DNA of 64,000 bases from Candidatus Caccoplasma intestinavium (GTDB lineage: Bacteria > Bacteroidota > Bacteroidia > Bacteroidales > UBA11471), in assembly GCA_018715885.1 (NCBI GenBank), contig DVKT01000006.1:49168-113167 (forward strand). The letters run 5' to 3'. The number at the start of each line of letters is the position of its first letter. Within the stretch, counting starts at the first letter, position 1. Positions 1-9,092 of the stretch are shown here, piece after piece. Below the pieces are notes generated by a model that was not told the DNA's origin, did not search any database, and saw only the letters and a program-made list of their open reading frames with translations. The position numbers and the translations under genes were made by a program.

Positions 1-544
1 GCATGATTTTCAACACTTGAAGGTTTTGCACGGTAACACGTTCATTACCGGTCTGACCGGCCATACGGGTTCCTTTGAAAACCTTTGCAGGGTAAGAACA
101 GGCTCCTACCGAACCGGGAGCACGCAAACGATTGTGTTGACCGTGCGTGGTCTGTCCTACTCCGCCGAATCCGTGGCGACCTACTACACCTTTGAAACCT
201 TTACCTTTAGAGGTTCCGATTACATCGACATATTCGGCATCTTGGAAAAGATCGACAGTGATTACATCACCGGCTTTATAAGCCTCACCAAATCCTTTGA
301 ACTCGGCCAAGTGTCTCTTCGGAGTTACTCCGGCTTTTTTGAAGTGTCCCATCTCGGGCTTCGTGGTATGCTTTTCCTTTTTATCGGCAAAGCCCACTTG
401 TACGGCTTCATAACCGTCTACTTCGACCGTCTTTACTTGAGTAACTACGCAGGGACCTACTTCGATAACAGTGCATGGAACATTTTTTCCCTCGGCACTG
501 AAAACGGATGTCATTCCGATTTTCTTTCCTAATAATCCTGGCAT
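1..544 (-). CDS. rplC: 50S ribosomal protein L3, N-terminal part (gene runs off window start)
   Basis: Not in ORF track (partial). Reverse translation from ATG at 544 gives [73 protein letters not shown]..., an L3 N-terminus. Lies directly downstream of rpsJ as in S10 operons. The + strand ORF 17..532 is its antisense shadow. Confidence 0.9.
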   Translation of the reverse strand, partial: MPGLLGKKIGMTSVFSAEGKNVPCTVIEVGPCVVTQVKTVEVDGYEAVQVGFADKKEKHTTKPEMGHFKKAGVTPKRHLAEFKGFGEAYKAGDVITVDLFQDAEYVDVIGTSKGKGFKGVVGRHGFGGVGQTTHGQHNRLRAPGSVGACSYPAKVFKGTRMAGQTGNERVTVQNLQVLKIM

Positions 545-573
545 TTCTCTGTTGTTTTTAATATAAATTTATA

Positions 574-879
574 CTATACTTTGATCTCTACTTCTACGCC
601 GCTGGGCAACTCGAGTTTCATCAGAGCGTCGACCGTTTTTGCGGTTGAACTGTAAATATCGATGAGACGTTTGAATGAAGAGAGTTCGAATTGTTCTCTC
701 GATTTCTTATTCACGAACGTCGAACGGTTTACAGTAAAAATGCGTTTATGGGTAGGCAGAGGTATGGGACCACTTACTACGGCACCGCTTGCTTTTACGG
801 TCTTTACGATCTTCTCTGCCGATTTATCGACGAGGTTGTGATCGTAAGATTTCAGTTTGATTCTAATTTTTTGGCTCAT
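574..879 (-). CDS. rpsJ: 30S ribosomal protein S10
   Basis: 101-aa [28 protein letters not shown]..., S10 family; between fusA and rplC. Confidence 0.95.
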   Translation of the reverse strand: MSQKIRIKLKSYDHNLVDKSAEKIVKTVKASGAVVSGPIPLPTHKRIFTVNRSTFVNKKSREQFELSSFKRLIDIYSSTAKTVDALMKLELPSGVEVEIKV

Positions 880-901
880 ATTGGTTGTTTCTGTTCTATT
901 T

Positions 902-3028
902 TTACAATAAATCTACACGGCCTTGTACTTCGGTAAGTACTTGTTTTGCAATTTGGGTACTTACTTCGGCATAATGAGAGAAAGTCATCGTCGAAGTGGC
1001 ACGTCCCGAAGTAATCGTACGCAAAGCGGTTACATAACCGAACATCTCGGCCAGAGGAGCTTTCGCTTTTACGATACGGGCTCCCGAACGGCTCGACTCC
1101 ATACCTTCAACCTGTCCACGACGCTTATTGAGGTCAGATATAACATCACCCATACTTTCTTCGGGGGTTACAACCTCTATCTTCATGATAGGCTCTTGCA
1201 GAACAGGTTTCGCTTTTTCGCAAGCCTTTTTGAAGGCTTGGATTGCACAAACCTCAAACGAGAGCTGATCGGAATCGACCGGGTGGAACGAACCGTCAAT
1301 AACGGTTACTTTCAAACGATCAAGAGGATAACCTGCCAACACACCATTTTTCATGGCCGTTGCAAATCCTTTCTGTATAGAAGGAATAAATTCTCTGGGG
1401 ATATTACCGCCTTTGACTTCATCTACGAATTGGAGACCGCTACCTTCAAAACTATCGTCAGCTGGCTCTACGCGTACGATGATATCGGCAAACTTACCAC
1501 GACCACCTGTCTGTTTCTTGTACACTTCACGCAATTCCACCGGTTTGGTGATAGCCTCTTTGTACGAAACCTGAGGACGACCCTGATTACATTCTACCTT
1601 GAATTCACGTTTCAGACGATCAATAATAATTTCCAAGTGAAGCTCACCCATACCGCTGATAACGGTTTGACCTGTTTCTTCATCGGTTTTAACAGTGAAA
1701 GTGGGGTCTTCTTCGGCCAACTTCTGCAAACCAAGACTAAGTTTATCCATATCTTTCTGAGTCTTGGGCTCAACGGCAATACCGATAACAGGATCGGGGA
1801 AGTCCATGGCTTCAAGTACGATAGGAGCATCTTCGGCACAGAGTGTATCGCCAGTACGGATATCTTTGAAACCTACACCTGCTCCAATATCGCCACAACC
1901 GATAACATCCTTGGGGTTCTGCTTGTTGGAGTGCATCTGGAACAAACGCGATACACGCTCTTTCTTTCCCGAACGCGAATTGAGAACATAAGATCCGGCA
2001 GGAACCTCTCCCGAATACACACGGAAGAAACACAGACGACCTACATAAGGATCGACAGCGATTTTAAATACGAGAGCCGACATTTTCTCTTCGAAGAGAG
2101 GCTTACGCACTTCTTCTTTCTCGGGATCATCGGGATTATGGCCAATAATGGCAGGAGTATCTTCGGGACTGGGCAAATAAGCACAAACGGCATCGAGCAA
2201 CGTCTGTACACCTTTATTTTTGAAAGAAGAGCCACAAAGCATGGGAACGATCGACATACTCAAAGCTCCTTTTCTCAGAGCAGCACGTATTTCGCTTTCG
2301 GTAATGGTCGAGGGATCATCGAAATATTTCTCCATGACGACATCATCACATTCTGCGATTTTTTCGAGCATCTTATCGCGCCATTCCTCTGCCTCGCCTT
2401 TGAGCGATGCGGGAATCTCTTCTACCGAGTAGTCTGCACCCATGGTTTCATCATGCCAATAAATAGCCTTCATCGTAACAAGGTCTACAACACCTTTGAA
2501 GGTTTCTTCTGCGCCAATAGGTATTTGCACAGGGCAAGGATTTGCACCCAGTACATCTTTCAACTGGCGCACCACTTCAAAGAAGTTCGCACCCGAACGG
2601 TCCATTTTATTTACATAACCGATACGGGGAACATTATATTTATCAGCCTGTCGCCATACGGTCTCCGATTGGGGTTCTACACCACCCACAGCACAGAATG
2701 TCGCCACAGCACCGTCGAGAACACGTAACGAACGTTCTACCTCGGCAGTAAAGTCGACGTGCCCCGGAGTGTCGATCAAGTTGATTTTATATTTTTCATT
2801 AGCATAATTCCACCATGTGGTCGTAGCGGCAGAAGTAATCGTAATACCCCGCTCCTGTTCTTGCTCCATCCAGTCCATCGTAGCAGCACCATCGTGCACC
2901 TCGCCGATTTTGTGTGTCAAACCGGTGTAGAAAAGAATACGCTCCGAAGTGGTAGTCTTTCCAGCATCGATGTGAGCCATAATACCTATATTTCTGGTAT
3001 ATTTCAGTTGTTCGTCTGCTTTTGACAT
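902..3028 (-). CDS. fusA: Elongation factor G
   Basis: 708 aa. GTPase motifs [21 protein letters not shown]. Full EF-G length; follows rpsG. Confidence 0.97.
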   Translation of the reverse strand: MSKADEQLKYTRNIGIMAHIDAGKTTTSERILFYTGLTHKIGEVHDGAATMDWMEQEQERGITITSAATTTWWNYANEKYKINLIDTPGHVDFTAEVERSLRVLDGAVATFCAVGGVEPQSETVWRQADKYNVPRIGYVNKMDRSGANFFEVVRQLKDVLGANPCPVQIPIGAEETFKGVVDLVTMKAIYWHDETMGADYSVEEIPASLKGEAEEWRDKMLEKIAECDDVVMEKYFDDPSTITESEIRAALRKGALSMSIVPMLCGSSFKNKGVQTLLDAVCAYLPSPEDTPAIIGHNPDDPEKEEVRKPLFEEKMSALVFKIAVDPYVGRLCFFRVYSGEVPAGSYVLNSRSGKKERVSRLFQMHSNKQNPKDVIGCGDIGAGVGFKDIRTGDTLCAEDAPIVLEAMDFPDPVIGIAVEPKTQKDMDKLSLGLQKLAEEDPTFTVKTDEETGQTVISGMGELHLEIIIDRLKREFKVECNQGRPQVSYKEAITKPVELREVYKKQTGGRGKFADIIVRVEPADDSFEGSGLQFVDEVKGGNIPREFIPSIQKGFATAMKNGVLAGYPLDRLKVTVIDGSFHPVDSDQLSFEVCAIQAFKKACEKAKPVLQEPIMKIEVVTPEESMGDVISDLNKRRGQVEGMESSRSGARIVKAKAPLAEMFGYVTALRTITSGRATSTMTFSHYAEVSTQIAKQVLTEVQGRVDLL

Positions 3029-3054
3029 TGTTGGTTTCTTTTACTGGGTTAAGA

Positions 3055-3531
3055 TTAGAATCTAAAATGTGCAAATGCCCGGTTGGCTTCGGCCATTTTG
3101 TGCATATCTTCTTTACGCTTGAACGCACCACCTTGCTCGTTATAAGCGTCGACAATCTCGGCAGCCAATTTCTCAGCCATCGTCTTACCGCCTCTTTTAC
3201 GAGCATATTGTATCAAATTTTTCATTGAGATGGATTCCTTGCGGTCGGGGCGGATTTCGGTAGGTACTTGAAAGGTTGCACCGCCGACACGACGAGATTT
3301 TACCTCTACTTGGGGAGTAATATTATCCAACGCTTTTTTCCAAATTTCGAGAGAAGATTTTTCTTCGTTGGAGAGCTTTTCCTTTACTGTATCCAAAGCC
3401 GTATAAAAAATAGTATAGGCAACACTTTTCTTGCCATCATACATCAAGTGATTAACAAATTTGGTAACCTTCACGTCATTGAATACGGGATCGGGTAAGA
3501 TAACCCGTTTCTTAGGTTTTGCTTTTCTCAT
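3055..3531 (-). CDS. rpsG: 30S ribosomal protein S7
   Basis: 158 aa, S7 family sequence; str operon position. Confidence 0.96.
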   Translation of the reverse strand: MRKAKPKKRVILPDPVFNDVKVTKFVNHLMYDGKKSVAYTIFYTALDTVKEKLSNEEKSSLEIWKKALDNITPQVEVKSRRVGGATFQVPTEIRPDRKESISMKNLIQYARKRGGKTMAEKLAAEIVDAYNEQGGAFKRKEDMHKMAEANRAFAHFRF

Positions 3532-3683
3532 TATGTTTTAAAAATTATTGTTTTTGTTTTTGGTTGCTTTTCACATCTTCAACAGTGCCCTCTGACACCA
3601 TTTACTCAACCTGAATCAGCCTATCCAATAAACTCAAACAGTGTTCGACACTAAAGTAGTTTGTTGGGTTCTCTGCTTACAGC

Positions 3684-4088
3684 TTATTTCTTACCTTTTG
3701 CGGCAGGAGCAGCTCCGGCTTTCGGTCTCTTAGCACCGTATTTCGAGCGACGTTGGGTGCGACCGTTCACACCTGCGGTATCCAAAGTTCCGCGAACGAT
3801 GTGGTAACGCACACCGGGAAGGTCTCTCACACGACCGCCACGCACCAATACAATCGAGTGCTCTTGCAAGTTGTGTCCTTCTCCCGGGATATAAGAGTTC
3901 ACCTCTTTTCCGTTGGTCAAACGCACACGTGCTACTTTACGCATTGCAGAGTTAGGTTTTTTGGGAGTCGTCGTGTACACTCTCACACACACGCCACGTC
4001 TTTGAGGACATGAATCCAGTGCCGGAGATTTACTTTTGTCTTCCAAAACAACCCGCCCTTTTCTTACTAATTGCTGAATTGTAGGCAT
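3684..4088 (-). CDS. rpsL: 30S ribosomal protein S12
   Basis: 134 aa [12 protein letters not shown]...[11 protein letters not shown]..., S12 signature. Confidence 0.97.
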   Translation of the reverse strand: MPTIQQLVRKGRVVLEDKSKSPALDSCPQRRGVCVRVYTTTPKKPNSAMRKVARVRLTNGKEVNSYIPGEGHNLQEHSIVLVRGGRVRDLPGVRYHIVRGTLDTAGVNGRTQRRSKYGAKRPKAGAAPAAKGKK

Positions 4089-4147
4089 CTTTTAAACTTT
4101 TTTAAATCTTTAAATCTTCTTTTTATTCGCTTGTTTTCATCTTCGCA

Positions 4148-4221
4148 TTCGCCCCACAATACACAAACAAAAACCTTATAATCAATAAATTATAAGTAAT
4201 TGCCTCAAAATTCGGGGCGAA
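4148..4221 (-). promoter_or_regulatory. Structured 5' leader of rpsL (two coaxial 8-bp helices)
   Basis: ttcgcccc (4148..4155) pairs with ggggcgaa (4214..4221). Nested cttataat (4175..4182) pairs with attataag (4189..4196). Starts just downstream of the -7 box at 4230..4237. Confidence 0.4.
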
Positions 4222-4229
4222 AAACACCG

Positions 4230-4237
4230 CAAAGATA
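4230..4237 (-). promoter_or_regulatory. Bacteroidetes -7 promoter box (TATCTTTG) for the rpsL operon
   Basis: Exact match to the TAnnTTTG consensus on the minus strand, ~140 nt upstream of the rpsL ATG. Confidence 0.55.
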
Positions 4238-4426
4238 GGAACTAAAACACTAATTACCAAACAAAAACAAGAATAATTCTTCAAATAAAGAAAATCGACT
4301 CAACGAGTTAAATACGTAAACCGACGTCTTTTATCTACCGGAAAAATCGCCCTGCCATATATTTGCCAAGAAGATTTTATCTGCTACAATCAATTCCGAA
4401 ACATTCCCTACCGAGACCTTCCGAAA

Positions 4427-5221
4427 TTATTTACTTTGCTCCGACCAATGTGTAGAAGTTTTTAAATGTCCGATATAATACCTTTCCTCCTCCGACGGAT
4501 TCCCACTATCGACATACCAGGGCAAATGCCGCACAGAATAAGGAAACCCCATACGGAAATAGACATAATCAAAATCGATAAGTTCACCCTTGAAATAAGG
4601 TTTGTATACGGCAAATGTCGTATCGATGGGAGCCAAGAAAACATTCGGCTCCACCTCCTGTTTCCAAAATTGACTTTCCCATGCCCGAACCTTGTCTTTC
4701 AGCAGATAACAGTCGGGCAGGTCATCGATACAAATAGAGAAGCCTGCTTTCAATGCTTTCGGATATTTTTTCAATAAGGAAACGAACTTCTCCATAAAAT
4801 CATCGGGACAATCGGGGTGAATTTCCAAATCGGAATCGGTATAAGCAAAATAAGAATCGGTAAACTGTTTATAAATGCCGGTCTCCCATACCGCAAGATG
4901 GCCCACATTCTTATGCAACAAATATACCGTATAAGGACATTCCCGATAGTAATCGAGCAGAGGCGGGTAACTCGACCAGTTATCGATGATGTATATATTT
5001 TTATACCCCCGCACTTCCAAGCTATGAAGAAGTTTAAGCAACGTTTCCAGTCGATTGAAGTTATTGATGACAATCGGTATCTCTTTATAAGGAATATCAC
5101 GAACTCCGCAAAAACGCGCTTTCATGCTCAAATGGAAATAACGGATAAATTTTTTCCGGGAAAGTTCAAAATCCACTTTTGCCTTCTTGTACTTGCGGAT
5201 AAGCTTGCGTCTCATAACCAT
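4427..5221 (-). CDS. Glycosyltransferase, GT-A (family 2-like) fold, specificity unknown
   Basis: ORF 4427..5317 trimmed to ATG 5221 (MVMRRKL...), because a TAnnTTTG box sits at 5233..5240. GT-A-like blocks IPIVINNFNRLETL, IYIIDNWSS, YTDSDLE (DxD-like). Confidence 0.6.
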   Translation of the reverse strand: MVMRRKLIRKYKKAKVDFELSRKKFIRYFHLSMKARFCGVRDIPYKEIPIVINNFNRLETLLKLLHSLEVRGYKNIYIIDNWSSYPPLLDYYRECPYTVYLLHKNVGHLAVWETGIYKQFTDSYFAYTDSDLEIHPDCPDDFMEKFVSLLKKYPKALKAGFSICIDDLPDCYLLKDKVRAWESQFWKQEVEPNVFLAPIDTTFAVYKPYFKGELIDFDYVYFRMGFPYSVRHLPWYVDSGNPSEEERYYIGHLKTSTHWSEQSK

Positions 5222-5232
5222 TTTGTTTGTTA

Positions 5233-5240
5233 CAAAGATA
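5233..5240 (-). promoter_or_regulatory. -7 box (TATCTTTG) for glycosyltransferase gene
   Basis: TAnnTTTG match 12 nt upstream of ATG 5221. Confidence 0.5.
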
Positions 5241-5293
5241 TATATTAATTTATAAAAAAGGAGGCAACAGATATATATCGAAAAAACTTTTTC

Positions 5294-5301
5294 TACATTT
5301 G
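5294..5301 (+). promoter_or_regulatory. -7 box (TACATTTG) for rnhB
   Basis: TAnnTTTG match 20 nt upstream of ATG 5321. Confidence 0.55.
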
Positions 5302-5320
5302 TAAGTAGAAAACGCAATTT

Positions 5321-5923
5321 ATGTTACTCCCCTATAAAATAGAAAATCGCATCGAAGCAGGTTGCGACGAAGCCGGTCGTGGCTGCTTGGCCGGCGCCGT
5401 ATATGCAGCGGCAGTCATATTGCCGCCGACATTTCAAGACGAACGGCTCAACGACTCAAAACGACTCTCCGAAAAACAGCGTTATGCCTTGCGCCCCGTT
5501 ATCGAACAGAATGCCATCGCATGGGCCGTAGGTATCGTAACACCGGAAGAAATCGACGAAATCAATATTCTGAATGCCTCTTTTCTCGCCATGCATCGCG
5601 CCCTCGACGCTTTGAGTACTCGTCCCGAAGCACTGCTCATCGACGGAAACCGTTTCGCCCCCTACCACAACATACCTTATTCTTGTGAAATAAAAGGCGA
5701 CGGACGATTTCTCTCTATCGCCGCAGCTTCGATTCTTGCCAAAACATATCGGGACGATTACATGATGAATTTGCACGAAGAGTTCCCTCAGTACCACTGG
5801 AACGAAAACAAAGGGTATCCCACCCGCACACACCGGGTTGCCATTGCACAATACGGCCCTACGCCTTATCATCGCAAGACATTCAACCTGCTGGGCGCAG
5901 AGCAGCACTCTCTCTTCGAATGA
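5321..5923 (+). CDS. rnhB: Ribonuclease HII
   Basis: 200 aa; [14 protein letters not shown] and DSKRLS motifs typical of RNase HII. Confidence 0.92.
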   Translation: MLLPYKIENRIEAGCDEAGRGCLAGAVYAAAVILPPTFQDERLNDSKRLSEKQRYALRPVIEQNAIAWAVGIVTPEEIDEINILNASFLAMHRALDALSTRPEALLIDGNRFAPYHNIPYSCEIKGDGRFLSIAAASILAKTYRDDYMMNLHEEFPQYHWNENKGYPTRTHRVAIAQYGPTPYHRKTFNLLGAEQHSLFE

Positions 5924-5954
5924 CACGATTCATAAAAACGCGAGATTTCCAAAT

Positions 5955-5986
5955 AAAAAAGCCAACCTTTCATGGTTGGCTTTTTT
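5955..5986. terminator. Bidirectional intrinsic terminator (rnhB / POT transporter, convergent)
   Basis: aaaaaagccaacc-tttcat-ggttggctttttt: 13-nt arms with A/T runs on both sides. Confidence 0.8.
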
Positions 5987-6004
5987 ATTCTAAACTGTCA
6001 TTCT

Positions 6005-7528
6005 TTATTTGGTAGCAGCTTCGAGTTTCTTCATCATAACAAACATAAAGAGTGCCGACAAGAGGCAGAGTACGATAAATACCGACCATACCAACCACAG
6101 TGGCAGACCGCCCCACAAGAAACCACCGACCGAAACAAGAGCATTACCGATAGCCGTCGCTACGAACCAACCTCCCATCATCATACCTTTCAACTTGGGC
6201 GGAGCTACTTTTGAGACGAAAGATATACCCATCGGAGAGAGCAACAACTCTGCAAACGTCAATACAAGATAGGTAGAAATGAGCCAATTTGCCGATACCA
6301 AAGTCCCCTCTTCTCCCGACTTGACAGTCTCAGCTTGCGCATCGGGCGTAAGCAGGCCAAGCGACCCGAAAGCCATAATGGCAAACCCGGCAGCAGCGAT
6401 CAACATACCGTAAGCAATTTTACGAGGCGCAGAAGGTTCTTTACCCCGTTTTGCCAATGCTCCGAAAATAGCCATCGAAACAGGTGTCAACGCTACAACA
6501 TAGAACGGATTGAATTGCTGAAAAATAGGAGCAGACACGGCAATAGCACCAGACAAGTTAAAATACTTATAAGCCAAAATTGCAATGACACCCAATACAA
6601 TGGCTCCCGAAATAACCTTAGTCTGCTTCGTATCTCCTTGGAAAAGTGAGAAAAGTGCATATACACCGATGATTATCAAGACAAGATTCCATACACTGAA
6701 GAACATGCTTTGAAGTCCTTCCGAACTCTTCGCAGTGAACTCATCAGCAAAATAAGTCAGCGTCAATCCGTTTTGGTGGAATGCCATCCAGAAAAACACT
6801 ACAACTGCAAATACCAAACAAAGGGCAATAATACGTTGTCGGGTTTCAGCCGGAGAAAGATTATCCTCTGCCACTACATCTCCCGCTTTTCGTTGCCCCC
6901 CCTCTACATGACGGAATGTCGGACGGAATACATAATAAATCGCCATAGAAATAACCAATGCCACACAAGCAACAGCAAACGAGAAATGGTAAGCATCATT
7001 TGAAGAGAATCCGAGACTTGTCTCCGCCCATTCTTTGATTTCCACCGCTGCTGTAGGAGCAAAAAGCGCACCTACATTGATCGCCATATAGAAAATAGAA
7101 AATGCGGCATCTCTCTTCGAGGCATATTTGGGATCGTCGTAAAGATTCCCTACCATCACCTGTAAGTTCCCTTTGAAAAGACCCGTGCCGATACTGATGA
7201 ACGCCAATGCCAAAAGCATACAGATCATAGCGATCGTATCGCTGCCCAAAGGAAGCGAAAGCAACAAATAACCGGCAAACATGATGGTAATACCGATGGT
7301 TACCATCTTTCCGAATCCGAATTTATCGGCCATGATACCTCCGATAAGGGGCATAAAATAAACAAGACCGAGGAATGTACTGTAAATCGCACCCGCCACA
7401 CCGGCATCAAGACCGAAATTAGCGCGCAGGAAAAGAGCAAATACTGCAATCATCGTGTAGTAGCCAAAGCGTTCGCCCGTGTTGGCAAGCGCTAATGCAT
7501 ACAAACCCTTAGGTTGATTTTTAAACAT
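6005..7528 (-). CDS. POT/PTR2 family di-/tripeptide:proton symporter
   Basis: 507 aa polytopic membrane protein. PTR2 motifs GERFGYYTM and FSIFYMAINVGALFAP. Confidence 0.88.
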   Translation of the reverse strand: MFKNQPKGLYALALANTGERFGYYTMIAVFALFLRANFGLDAGVAGAIYSTFLGLVYFMPLIGGIMADKFGFGKMVTIGITIMFAGYLLLSLPLGSDTIAMICMLLALAFISIGTGLFKGNLQVMVGNLYDDPKYASKRDAAFSIFYMAINVGALFAPTAAVEIKEWAETSLGFSSNDAYHFSFAVACVALVISMAIYYVFRPTFRHVEGGQRKAGDVVAEDNLSPAETRQRIIALCLVFAVVVFFWMAFHQNGLTLTYFADEFTAKSSEGLQSMFFSVWNLVLIIIGVYALFSLFQGDTKQTKVISGAIVLGVIAILAYKYFNLSGAIAVSAPIFQQFNPFYVVALTPVSMAIFGALAKRGKEPSAPRKIAYGMLIAAAGFAIMAFGSLGLLTPDAQAETVKSGEEGTLVSANWLISTYLVLTFAELLLSPMGISFVSKVAPPKLKGMMMGGWFVATAIGNALVSVGGFLWGGLPLWLVWSVFIVLCLLSALFMFVMMKKLEAATK

Positions 7529-7552
7529 GTTCTTTCTTAGTTTAGGTTTATA

Positions 7553-7990
7553 CTATTTTTTCTGTTCGTCCTCTTGTGCCTTGAACACCATTGCGTAAAG
7601 CCGCATCTGCTTCACCATGGCAAGCAAGCCGTTCGAACGGGTAGGCGACAAATGTTCTGTAAGCCCTATCTGTTCGATGAAATAAAGGTGTGTATCGAGA
7701 ATCTCCCGCGGAGTATGACCGGATAAAACTTTGATCAGCAATGAAACGATTCCTTTCACAATCACGGCATCACTCTCGGCCTGATAAAAAACCTTGCCGT
7801 CACGATATTCGGCATGAAGCCATACCCGACTCTGACAGCCCTCTATAAGGTTGCTTTCGACCTTGAACTGCTCGTCGAGGGGAGACAGGGAATTTCCCAA
7901 TTCTATCAACAATGCGTATTTATCCATCCAATCATCGAAAGCCGAAAACTCGTCGACGACCTCATCTTGTATCTGATCAATAGTCTTCAT
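7553..7990 (-). CDS. sufE: SufE-like cysteine desulfuration (sulfur acceptor) protein
   Basis: 145 aa; SufE family pattern with conserved Cys in IEGCQSRVWL. Confidence 0.8.
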   Translation of the reverse strand: MKTIDQIQDEVVDEFSAFDDWMDKYALLIELGNSLSPLDEQFKVESNLIEGCQSRVWLHAEYRDGKVFYQAESDAVIVKGIVSLLIKVLSGHTPREILDTHLYFIEQIGLTEHLSPTRSNGLLAMVKQMRLYAMVFKAQEDEQKK

Positions 7991-8012
7991 TTTTCAAATT
8001 CTGTATAATTTC

Positions 8013-9038
8013 TTATTCGTTATATATTACCCACAACAACGTCTGGCCCACAGCTTTGAGAGTTCCCTTGTCGATATTTTCAAGAGTATCGTCGAGCGTA
8101 TGCCACTGAGGTACAAATCCTCCCTGCGACTCATCGTAGGCGATAATATCAATACTCGGTACACGACGCCCCACATATACGTGGTCGTCATTGATATATC
8201 CACCTCTTTCATCGACAAAATAGTCGCCATACCCCAAAGACTGAGCGGCTTTCCAAACCTTGTCTACAATACCAGGAGCTTGCTGCATCGAAACGCCTTC
8301 TCGAGGAAACCGGCAATTTTTCCCGCCTACCATATCGAGCAAAATACCATAACGCGCCCGATAAGCCGGATTATGAGGTCTACGAGCCCAATACTGAGAA
8401 CCGAGCGCCCAAGAATCACCCTGCTCGGGACGGTCGGAAAAATAAGGCCGGCCATAATCTTCTACATCGAAAAATATGATATCTATTCCTATCCGCGGAG
8501 ACCGGGCATGTATCTGACGTGCCGTTTCGAGCAAAACGGCTACACCGCTCGCCCCGTCATTTGCCCCGTCGATAGGCAATCGATGATTTTTCTGCTGCGG
8601 ATCATTATCGGCATAAGGGCGTGTATCCCAATGGGCAAAGAGCAGTACCCGGTCTTTTTTTTCGGGAGAATAAGATGCAATGATATTACATGCATCGAGC
8701 ATCGTCCCGTCATAGGCCCTCACCCGAAAATCCTGTAAAACCACTTGCGCCCCATGTCGACGCAACTCGGTTGCCAGATACTCAGCCGCATTGCGGTGAG
8801 CCGGAGTATTGGGTACACGAGGACCAAATGCCACTTGACGCTCGACATAAGCAAAAGCCGAGTCGGCATTGAAATCCGGCACATCGACAACATGAGGAGG
8901 TGCCTGCGTTTGCGAAGAAGAGGAAGAAGGTTGGCGACAAGCCGTCGTAAAAAGCATTACAATGAAGCAGCCCAAACAAAGGAGCACAGAAAACAAAGAA
9001 AAACGACGTCTCATCATGGTATAGGTTTTGACTTCCAA
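8013..9038 (-). CDS. M28-fold glutaminyl-peptide cyclotransferase (animal-type QC), probable lipoprotein
   Basis: 341 aa. Signal/lipobox-like N-terminus (...MLFTTAC). M28/QC blocks LLFAHWDTRPYAD, DGASGVAVLLE, IIFFDVEDYG. True start may be the internal MMRRRF at 9017. Confidence 0.78.
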   Translation of the reverse strand: MEVKTYTMMRRRFSLFSVLLCLGCFIVMLFTTACRQPSSSSSQTQAPPHVVDVPDFNADSAFAYVERQVAFGPRVPNTPAHRNAAEYLATELRRHGAQVVLQDFRVRAYDGTMLDACNIIASYSPEKKDRVLLFAHWDTRPYADNDPQQKNHRLPIDGANDGASGVAVLLETARQIHARSPRIGIDIIFFDVEDYGRPYFSDRPEQGDSWALGSQYWARRPHNPAYRARYGILLDMVGGKNCRFPREGVSMQQAPGIVDKVWKAAQSLGYGDYFVDERGGYINDDHVYVGRRVPSIDIIAYDESQGGFVPQWHTLDDTLENIDKGTLKAVGQTLLWVIYNE

Positions 9039-9055
9039 AGATAAAAGATTTTCAA

Positions 9056-9063
9056 CAAAAATA
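9056..9063 (-). promoter_or_regulatory. -7 box (TATTTTTG) for glutaminyl cyclase gene
   Basis: TAnnTTTG match on the minus strand just upstream of 9038. Confidence 0.45.
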
Positions 9064-9092
9064 TCGGCCTATGCAATTTATATTTACACTTT

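Noticed and set aside
17-532. 171-aa + strand ORF at the window start
   Set aside because: The opposite strand encodes an unmistakable L3 N-terminus ([15 protein letters not shown]...). The + ORF is its shadow.
923-2728. 601-aa ORF on the + strand, antisense to fusA
   Set aside because: Its codons are exactly phase-aligned with fusA codons (923-902 is a multiple of 3). It therefore exists only because fusA avoids TTA, CTA and TCA over 601 codons. The product is low-complexity (F/I/R/T-rich) with no motif. Classic shadow ORF of a highly expressed gene.
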